This document shows positions 7,445 through 13,259 of a DNA stretch of 26,709 bases, piece after piece. This stretch comes from Polyangiaceae bacterium. Its GTDB lineage: Bacteria; Myxococcota_A; Polyangia; Polyangiales; Polyangiaceae. The first letter of the stretch is position 1. Every line of letters begins with the position of its first letter. The DNA is taken from positions 1 through 26,709 of the forward strand of contig JBGANF010000111.1 of the NCBI GenBank assembly GCA_044222475.1. Direction: 5' to 3'. The notes below the pieces were generated by a model, which was given only the letters and a program-made list of their open reading frames with translations, did no database searches and was not told the origin of the DNA. The position numbers and the translations under genes were made by a program.

Positions 7445-8367
7445 GAGTCTTGCTGCCCGGGGTCTCCGGCCTCCTCGCCCGGATCGTCGCGAAGAAGCTC
7501 GCCGAGCGCGGCCACGAGGTCGTCGGAATCGACTCGCGTCCGTGGCCCGATCCGCCCAAGGGCGTCGTCGTCCACACGGTGGACATCCGAAAGCGCGCCG
7601 CCGAGGACGTGTTCCGCAGCTTCCGCCCGGCCGCGGTCGTCCACATGGCGACGGTGACGCACCTCCTGAAGAAGAGCGAGGACCGCTACCGCATCAACCT
7701 CGGCGGAACGCGCGCCGTGTTCGACCACGCGAACACGTACGAGGTCCCGCGCGTCGTGTTCGTCGGCCGGCACACGTACTACGGCGCCGGCCCCGAGTCG
7801 CCGCTCTACCACACCGAAGAAGAGCCGCCGACCGGGGCGAACACGTTCCCCGAGCTCGCCGATCTCGTCGCCGCCGATCTCTACGCCGGGACCGCGCTCT
7901 GGCGGTTCCCCAAGCTGAAGACCGCGATCCTGCGCGTCTGCTACACGCTCGGCCCGTCCCATCATGGGACGCTCGCGAGCTTCATCAAAGGCCCGCGCGT
8001 GCCGATGGTCCTCGGCTTCGACCCGCTGTTCCACTTCATGCACGAGGACGACGCGGCCGACGCGATCGTCTGCGCGACCGAGCAGGACGTGCACGGCGTC
8101 TACAACGTGTCCGGCCCGCCGCCGCTGCCGCTCAGCGTCATCATCAAGGAGGCGGGGCACACGCCGATCCCCGTGCCCGAGGTCGTGTTCCGCATGGCGC
8201 TCGGTCGGTTCGGATTGCCTCGCCTCGCCACGGGAGCGATCGCGCACATCAAGTACCCGATCGTGATCGACTCGATGCCGTTCCGGAAGAGCACGGGGTT
8301 TCGCTTCGTGCACGACGCGCCCTCCACGCTCGAAGCCTTCCGCGCGAGCCTTCCGCGCAAGGCGTAG
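7441..8367 (+). CDS. NAD-dependent epimerase/dehydratase (extended SDR) family protein
   Basis: ORF 7441..8367 (+), with an ATGA overlap on the acyltransferase stop. It has an N-terminal Rossmann segment MRVLLPGVSGLLARIVAKKLAERGHEVVGIDSR, and its length and layout are typical of extended SDRs. Confidence 0.8.
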   Translation: MRVLLPGVSGLLARIVAKKLAERGHEVVGIDSRPWPDPPKGVVVHTVDIRKRAAEDVFRSFRPAAVVHMATVTHLLKKSEDRYRINLGGTRAVFDHANTYEVPRVVFVGRHTYYGAGPESPLYHTEEEPPTGANTFPELADLVAADLYAGTALWRFPKLKTAILRVCYTLGPSHHGTLASFIKGPRVPMVLGFDPLFHFMHEDDAADAIVCATEQDVHGVYNVSGPPPLPLSVIIKEAGHTPIPVPEVVFRMALGRFGLPRLATGAIAHIKYPIVIDSMPFRKSTGFRFVHDAPSTLEAFRASLPRKA

Positions 8368-8376
8368 TCGCGTCGA

Positions 8377-8784
8377 TCAGTCCCAGAAGACGGCGAGCAC
8401 CGGTCCGGGATGCAGCGCCTTGATCGCATCCGGAATCGCGAATTCGGTGCCGTCGGCGACGGTCGTCGGGTCGAGGCCTGTGACGGCGCGCTGAAGCTCC
8501 CCGAGCGAAAGCGTTCCGACGACGAAGACGGTGTCGCAGAAGGGCCAATACTCGTCACCTGGGTCGACCTCGGCGATGCGGGCGTGGACGGCAGTCACGT
8601 CCGGGCGTGCGACGAGGCCGAGCAATGCGCTGCGAAACGCGGACATCCCGGGATGCGGGTCGAGGTTGCAGCCGATCGAGGCGGCGTCATCGTTGCCATC
8701 GAAGAAGCGCTCGATCGAGACGATGGGGTCGTCACCGGCCGCCGCGAGGGAGTCCTTGAGCGCTCGACACTTCTCCGCGTCCAC
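8377..8784 (-). CDS. Hypothetical cytoplasmic protein (135 aa), last gene of the lipoprotein/diiron operon
   Basis: ORF 8377..8784 (-), GTG start. G/C is strongly enriched at third codon positions and the composition is acidic and balanced. It lies 18 nt downstream of the ferritin-like gene. I recognise no family. Confidence 0.55.
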   Translation of the reverse strand: MDAEKCRALKDSLAAAGDDPIVSIERFFDGNDDAASIGCNLDPHPGMSAFRSALLGLVARPDVTAVHARIAEVDPGDEYWPFCDTVFVVGTLSLGELQRAVTGLDPTTVADGTEFAIPDAIKALHPGPVLAVFWD

Positions 8785-8802
8785 GAAGCGAAGCTACCAC
8801 GG

Positions 8803-9603
8803 TCAGGCGCCCGCGGCCTCGCGCAGGTCCGCGACGTCGGCGGGGGGAACCACGATGCCGCGCTCGGCGAGCGGTTCGACGACGTCGTGCGTGACCGCGT
8901 CGACGAACGCGCCGTCGAACCGGGAGCACGGCAACGCGCCGAGGCCCTCGACGTTCTTGCACTCGTTCCCGAAGACCACGGTGAACGACTTGATGGTGGC
9001 GCCCGCCACGGTTCCGAGGTGCGCGCGGTCGGCGTCCGAGAGCTCGGCCCAATCGAGGAACCACCAGCCGAGCTCGGCGTGCTGAGCCTCGTCGCGGAGG
9101 ATGCGCGAGATGATGGCCTCGATCGTGGGTGACCCCGCAGCGCGACGCGACTGCTTGAGGATCGGCACGGTGAGCGACTCGCCGACGCAGCACGATCGCA
9201 CGATGAGCTCGGCGGCGCGCAACAGCGCGCCCTCGCCGGACGGCGGGCGCACCAGCTTGTCGTAGTTCACGTCGAGCGGGACTCCACCGCCGAGCGCCAT
9301 CGCGACGCGCGATGCGAGCTCGGCGTGGAACATCTCGTCGCCGATGAAATCGCCGGCGGCCGCGATGAGATCGATCGGAGCCTTCGCGACGAGCATGTGA
9401 GTCGCGATGGTGGCGAACGCGGCGCCGCTCGCGTACTCGCTGAACGCGCTGCGGGTCCACACGTCGCGCGCTTGGGCGACGAGCTCGGGAGTGGCCTCGC
9501 GGGCGACGCTGCTCCAATCGATCTCGTCGACGAGGGAGCCGCGTCGCTTGTCGAGTCGCTTCGACCACAACCCGCCCATCGCTTCGAGAGTGAACTCGCT
9601 CAT
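8803..9603 (-). CDS. Ferritin-like diiron four-helix-bundle protein
   Basis: ORF 8803..9603 (-). It carries the classical E...ExxH...E...ExxH ligand pattern: FSEYASG, GDEMFHAEL, CVGESLT, RDEAQHAELG. There is no signal peptide. Confidence 0.75.
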   Translation of the reverse strand: MSEFTLEAMGGLWSKRLDKRRGSLVDEIDWSSVAREATPELVAQARDVWTRSAFSEYASGAAFATIATHMLVAKAPIDLIAAAGDFIGDEMFHAELASRVAMALGGGVPLDVNYDKLVRPPSGEGALLRAAELIVRSCCVGESLTVPILKQSRRAAGSPTIEAIISRILRDEAQHAELGWWFLDWAELSDADRAHLGTVAGATIKSFTVVFGNECKNVEGLGALPCSRFDGAFVDAVTHDVVEPLAERGIVVPPADVADLREAAGA

Positions 9604-10106
9604 AGGAGATTCTTGTCGCGCAGCGTCTTGCAGAACTCGCTGGCGGTCGTTCCCTTCGAGTTGATGTTACCCACGAGCGGGTAACCTTGCTCGTCGCAAA
9701 GGCACCGGAAGTGCTCCTTGTTGGCGATCGCGTCGTCGAGCATGGTGGAGGTCGAGAGCTCCTCGTTGAGCGCCTTGCTGTCGCAGGTGGGCGCGGGCGG
9801 CGGCTTCGTCGGGTTCTCGATCTCACGGACGGCGGCGCAGAACTCGGTGGCCGTCGTGCCGCCCTTCGAGTTGATGTTGCCCACGAGCGGGTAACCCTTC
9901 GCGTCGCAGAGCGGCCGGAAGTGGTCGCGGCGCTCGAGCGCGCTCGGGAGGACCGTGTTCGAGAGCTCGACGTTCAGCGCGTCGAGGTCGGTCTGGGTGG
10001 CCGTGGGGATGGGGCTCGTCGAGATCGGGTCGGCGACGGCACCGCTGCAGGCCAGGGTGGTGGCGGTAAGGGCAATGGCAAGAACGGGGATGGCTTTGCG
10101 CTTCAT
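9600..10106 (-). CDS. Lipoprotein made of two tandem ~56-aa Cys-containing domains
   Basis: Internal ATG 10106 of ORF 9600..10151 (-): MKRKAIPVLAIALTATTLACSG (signal plus lipobox). Residues 40-95 and 109-164 are clear duplicates (HFRPLCDAKGYPLVGNINSKGGTTATEFC versus HFRCLCDEQGYPLVGNINSKGTTASEFC). The stop overlaps the ferritin-like ATG (ATGA). Confidence 0.7.
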   Translation of the reverse strand: MKRKAIPVLAIALTATTLACSGAVADPISTSPIPTATQTDLDALNVELSNTVLPSALERRDHFRPLCDAKGYPLVGNINSKGGTTATEFCAAVREIENPTKPPPAPTCDSKALNEELSTSTMLDDAIANKEHFRCLCDEQGYPLVGNINSKGTTASEFCKTLRDKNLL

Positions 10107-10118
10107 GGCCACCGGTAG

Positions 10119-10134
10119 AGCAAGCGCGGTGCCA
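10119..10134 (-). promoter_or_regulatory. Sigma-54 (RpoN) type promoter, TGGCAC-N5-TTGCT
   Basis: The minus strand reads caacgtTGGCACcgcgcTTGCTctaccggtggccATG. This matches the TGGCAC-N5-TTGCW consensus in both conserved doublets and in spacing. The C of the -12 GC is at 10120, which puts the predicted start site about 2 nt before ATG 10106. Confidence 0.5.
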
Positions 10135-10172
10135 ACGTTGAAATCCCTCATTTTTTGGCGGTTCGGGGCACC

Positions 10173-10207
10173 GGGTTACCACCGCCTCGGACGCGGGTTA
10201 CCACCGC
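10173..10207. repeat. Two exact 13-bp direct repeats GGGTTACCACCGC, 22 bp apart start to start
   Basis: The copies are at 10173-10185 and 10195-10207 inside a 127-bp intergenic region. They lie roughly 65-100 bp upstream of the predicted sigma-54 start site, the position expected for enhancer-binding-protein sites. Confidence 0.6.
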
Positions 10208-10233
10208 GGTGTCCCGACGCTTCGCCGGAATTG

Positions 10234-11076
10234 TTAGCCGGCTGGCAGTTTCCCGAGACTCGCCTCTGGGTCGGCGAAGATCCTCGTGATCGTCTTCGCC
10301 ATCTTCGACGCGTGCATGCCGTCGAGCACGCGATGATCGAACGTTGCGCACGCGCGGAGCACCTTGCCGATCACGATCGTCCCGTCCTCGACGACGGCCT
10401 CGTCTTGCACCGCGCCGAGCGCGATCAGGAGCGGCACGTGGCTGTACGGCACGAGCGGGACGTACGCCTCCTCGAGCCCCAGCGATCCGATGTTGGTCAC
10501 CATCGCCGAGCCGAACGGATCCTTGGGGACGCCGGCCCAGCGGAGATCGAGGTTCAGCTCGTAGGCGAGGTACCCGAGCATGTCGACGAACCAGTGGAGA
10601 AAGCGGTACGGGATCCTCTTGAAGGTGCTGCGCGTTCCTTCGAGCTCCTTGTCCTTGCCCTTCTTGACCCGCGAAGCCTTGGCCGAGAACTCGTCGTAGA
10701 TCTCCTCGAGGGTCTTTTCGTGCGCGTCGAAGATCGTCGCGCCCGAGAGGTCGACCTCCTTCGTCACCGGATCCTCCATCGCGACCTGGAAGAAGACGCC
10801 GATGGTTTCGCGCAGGTAGATGCGGTTTCGACGCAGGATCGCGTTCGCGTCGGGCATCTCGGCGAGGACGAGCGCGACGGCCTTCGCCATCACGTGGGTG
10901 AGCGTGAGCTTCTTGCCGGTGCGTTCGCGGAACGTGTCGATGTACGCGACGACCTTGTCGGCGCGGAGCTTGATCGTCCCGTAGACCGAGGGATCGCCGA
11001 CGGTGCGCCACGTCCCGAGAGCGATGCGGCGAAACGAGGAGAGGTTCTTCTTTTCCTTGAGTGCGAGGTTGGGCAC
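10234..11076 (-). CDS. 2-oxoacid dehydrogenase acyltransferase (E2) catalytic-domain protein lacking lipoyl and E3-binding domains
   Basis: ORF 10234..11076 (-). The catalytic motif is ATFDHRVLDGMHASKM (DHRxxDG). At 280 aa its length equals the catalytic domain alone. Confidence 0.85.
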   Translation of the reverse strand: MPNLALKEKKNLSSFRRIALGTWRTVGDPSVYGTIKLRADKVVAYIDTFRERTGKKLTLTHVMAKAVALVLAEMPDANAILRRNRIYLRETIGVFFQVAMEDPVTKEVDLSGATIFDAHEKTLEEIYDEFSAKASRVKKGKDKELEGTRSTFKRIPYRFLHWFVDMLGYLAYELNLDLRWAGVPKDPFGSAMVTNIGSLGLEEAYVPLVPYSHVPLLIALGAVQDEAVVEDGTIVIGKVLRACATFDHRVLDGMHASKMAKTITRIFADPEASLGKLPAG

Positions 11077-11133
11077 GCGCCCAGAGTACGCCTCAGGTGT
11101 GGGGCGTCCACGCGGCTGTGCTAGGCTCGAAGC

Positions 11134-11337
11134 ATGTCGCCCACCGCAAAGAAGGTTGCGACCGGGGACCCGGTCGCCCGCGCTTTTGCAGAGGCCGAAG
11201 AAGCTCCGCCGTTGACGGACGAAGATCGCGCCGCACTCGCGGAAGCCGTAGCGGATCCTCGATGGATCCGTTCGAGCCGCGGCGAGGCCTTCGAGCGTCT
11301 CGTTTGCGAAGAGAAGAAGAGCGACAGCGACGGATGA
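11134..11337 (+). CDS. Small acidic protein, probable antitoxin of a RelE/ParE-type module
   Basis: ORF 11134..11337 (+), 67 aa. The segment LTDEDRAALAEAVADP resembles addiction-module antitoxin components. Its stop overlaps the ATG of the toxin-like reading frame (ATGA at 11334-11337). Confidence 0.45.
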   Translation: MSPTAKKVATGDPVARAFAEAEEAPPLTDEDRAALAEAVADPRWIRSSRGEAFERLVCEEKKSDSDG

Positions 11338-11583
11338 GCCGAGACGTCGACTGGACGTATCTCGCTTGGGTCGACCTCACCGCACTCCATTGGCGAACCG
11401 CAGGCTCCGTGTGTCGGGCGGTCTATGACTTCGCAGAAAACGGGACGGGGACTCCGGAAGCTGCCGATCGATGATCGGCTGGGCGCGACACACTCTCTCG
11501 TAGTCCCTCCCTTCATGGTCTACGTCTCCCGCGATTCGGACGGCACGCTGCGAGTATGGCGCATTCGACGCTACGTGCGCTGA
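11334..11583 (+). pseudogene. RelE/ParE-family toxin gene interrupted by a frameshift
   Basis: Frame 1 (11334-11474) gives MSRDVDWTYLAWVDLTALHWRTAGSVCRAVYDFAENGTGTPEAADR-stop, the N-terminal RelE/ParE pattern A..DL..L....i...i..laEN. A second frame continues as ...KLPIDDRLGATHSLVVPPFMVYVSRDSDGTLRVWRIRRYVR-stop at 11581-11583, the C-terminal beta-sheet pattern. The combined length of about 83 aa is typical for the family. Confidence 0.5.
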
Positions 11584-12204
11584 TCATGCGGCCGCGATAG
11601 CAGCGAGCCGCTTGCGGATGAGGTCGTGCCGCTCCGAAACCAATCCGATCGACGGATGATGGCGAAAGCCGGAGTGACTCTCTGCCGCCGCTTGCTCGGC
11701 GGCCGCAGCGTGAAGCTTGGCGTCGGACCGGGAACCGCGGGCCGCGAGGATCAGTGCGCGCGCCGCGTTCCACAGAAAACGGTCGACCGGAAATGTCGGC
11801 CGGGCGGAGTGTATGTCGAGAATCTCGAGGGCGGCGGCGAAGCGATCAGGAAGTGGTGTGGTTGCAACGAGCACGGGGAACTCCAGGTACGCCCGCGTGT
11901 GCAGTTGGGGAAACTCCGCTTCCCGCCGGAGCGCGTCGAGCAGCGAGTCGGCCGCGAGGTCGATTCGACCCAGGGCAAGCAGTGCGTTCGCGCGGTCCAC
12001 GTGGCCCTGCGCGTTGTCGAACTTGTCCGGCAAGGAAAAATAGCGATCGAGCAGCGCGAGCGCGACCAGCGGATGGGTCGAGGCCAGCATGCTTGCTTGA
12101 ATGCGTAGGTATTGCTCCTTTCGGCGCGCGCGACGCAGCTTCTGCTCGAAGCGAGCCTCCGTCTCGGCGTTCCACGTCGTGTTGCGGAACCAGTCGTCGC
12201 GCAT
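11584..12204 (-). CDS. Hypothetical helical (TPR-like) protein
   Basis: ORF 11584..12234 (-), with the start taken at ATG 12204 (MRDDWFRNTTWNAETEARFEQKLRRARRKEQYLRIQA...). This avoids overlap with the upstream gene. The composition is coding-like and Ala/Leu-rich. Confidence 0.6.
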   Translation of the reverse strand: MRDDWFRNTTWNAETEARFEQKLRRARRKEQYLRIQASMLASTHPLVALALLDRYFSLPDKFDNAQGHVDRANALLALGRIDLAADSLLDALRREAEFPQLHTRAYLEFPVLVATTPLPDRFAAALEILDIHSARPTFPVDRFLWNAARALILAARGSRSDAKLHAAAAEQAAAESHSGFRHHPSIGLVSERHDLIRKRLAAIAAA

Positions 12205-12215
12205 CGGACCTGCGC

Positions 12216-12440
12216 TCAGCGTTTCAGCGTCCACACGTCGCCGAGCTCCTCCGAGCGATCGAAGCGGATGAGCTTCGTCGCCTCGAGCTCTTCGACGAGC
12301 GAGTCGGCTTCCTTCTCCGTGAGACCGAGCGCTTCCGCGAGCGTGTCGCGAAAGGCCGCCTTGCCGGGGCGGTAATCCAGGTTCATCTGGTCCCCGAACG
12401 TGTCGGCGAGGAGCTTCGCGGCGCGAGGTAGGTCGTGCAT
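12216..12440 (-). CDS. Hypothetical small acidic protein (74 aa)
   Basis: ORF 12216..12440 (-), ATG start. It lies 4 nt after the stop of the upstream lipoprotein gene and 11 nt before the next gene. Third codon positions are G/C-rich. Confidence 0.5.
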   Translation of the reverse strand: MHDLPRAAKLLADTFGDQMNLDYRPGKAAFRDTLAEALGLTEKEADSLVEELEATKLIRFDRSEELGDVWTLKR

Positions 12441-12444
12441 CGCG

Positions 12445-12981
12445 TCAGTTCCCGCGCGCGGCGTTGCCGAACGCCATGTTCATCACGACGGACTTGCCCG
12501 CGCACGCCGTGCCGTCGAAGCCGCCGGCCTTCACCGCGTTCGTCATGCACGTCACCGCGTCCTTCCCGAGGATCTTGTCGTTCGCGATGATCACGTTGCC
12601 GGCCTTGCCCTTCGTGTCGATCGCGACCGTGATGTGGACGTGGCCGTCGAGATCCGGGCGCTTCGCCATCGCGTCGAAGAAGCACTTCTTCACGTCGGGT
12701 CGGACTTTCGCCTCGAACGGAGCGGAGACGTCCGCGCACGGATCGCCCGTCGCGCTGGTCGTCGAGGGCGCCGCGGATGGTGCCGCCGACGGCGTCGTCG
12801 ATGCGATCGGCGCCGTGCTCGCGCTGGCGATCGGTGCACTCGCGCTCGTCACCGGAGCATCGCTCGCAGACGCCGACGTCGTCGGGTCCGGCGATGTAGG
12901 CGGTTTGGTCGAACCGCCACACGCCAACCACCAGGCTCCTACGGTGACGACGAACAGCGACAGAAGAGGTCGGGTGCGCAT
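12445..12981 (-). CDS. Lipoprotein with S/A/P/T linker and AgmX/PglI-like C-terminal domain
   Basis: Internal ATG 12981 of ORF 12445..13038 (-): MRTRPLLSLFVVTVGAWWLACGGS (lipobox). A low-complexity TSASASDAPVTSASAPIASASTAPIAST linker follows. The C-terminus VKKCFFDAMAKRPDLDGHVHITVAIDTKGKAGNVII...VTCMTNAVKAGGFDGTACAGKSVVMNMAF has the same layout as the 1193..1822 protein. Confidence 0.65.
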   Translation of the reverse strand: MRTRPLLSLFVVTVGAWWLACGGSTKPPTSPDPTTSASASDAPVTSASAPIASASTAPIASTTPSAAPSAAPSTTSATGDPCADVSAPFEAKVRPDVKKCFFDAMAKRPDLDGHVHITVAIDTKGKAGNVIIANDKILGKDAVTCMTNAVKAGGFDGTACAGKSVVMNMAFGNAARGN

Positions 12982-13147
12982 GCCGAGAGAGTACCGAACC
13001 GCCTTGCATCGCGCTCGAATTTGAATCAATCGCATCAATCAATCGACATTGATGTCCTCAAACTCAAACAACATTGTTGCACCAATTCTGAGAGCGCAAC
13101 CGATCCGAAACACGCCGTTCCCGCAGAAAATAGCCACTCCCCGACTC

Positions 13148-13179
13148 TGTGGAAAACTTGGGGGAAGTCTTGTGGATAA
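13148..13179. promoter_or_regulatory. One perfect and one 8/9 DnaA-box sequence in the same orientation
   Basis: TGTGGATAA at 13171-13179 is the exact complement of the TTATCCACA consensus. TGTGGAAAA at 13148-13156 differs at one position. The two are 23 bp apart start to start and sit inside the most A+T-rich 240 bp of the window. Confidence 0.3.
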
Positions 13180-13259
13180 GATGTTGCTCAAAAAAAGTGC
13201 ATTGAGTCGTCGATTTTTTGTTGCAAGACCGAATCGGGTTTGGCATAAGTGCTTTCGAA

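Noticed and set aside
12982-13038. The upstream extension of the lipoprotein ORF (MMRLIQIRARCKAVRYSLG...).
   Set aside because: The extension lies in the A+T-rich region with non-coding-like codon usage. The internal ATG at 12981 gives a canonical lipoprotein signal peptide.
13241-13256. A sigma-54-like TGGCAT...GC motif upstream of the ORF-free region.
   Set aside because: The GG and GC doublets are separated by 7 nt instead of the required 10, so the -24/-12 geometry is wrong.
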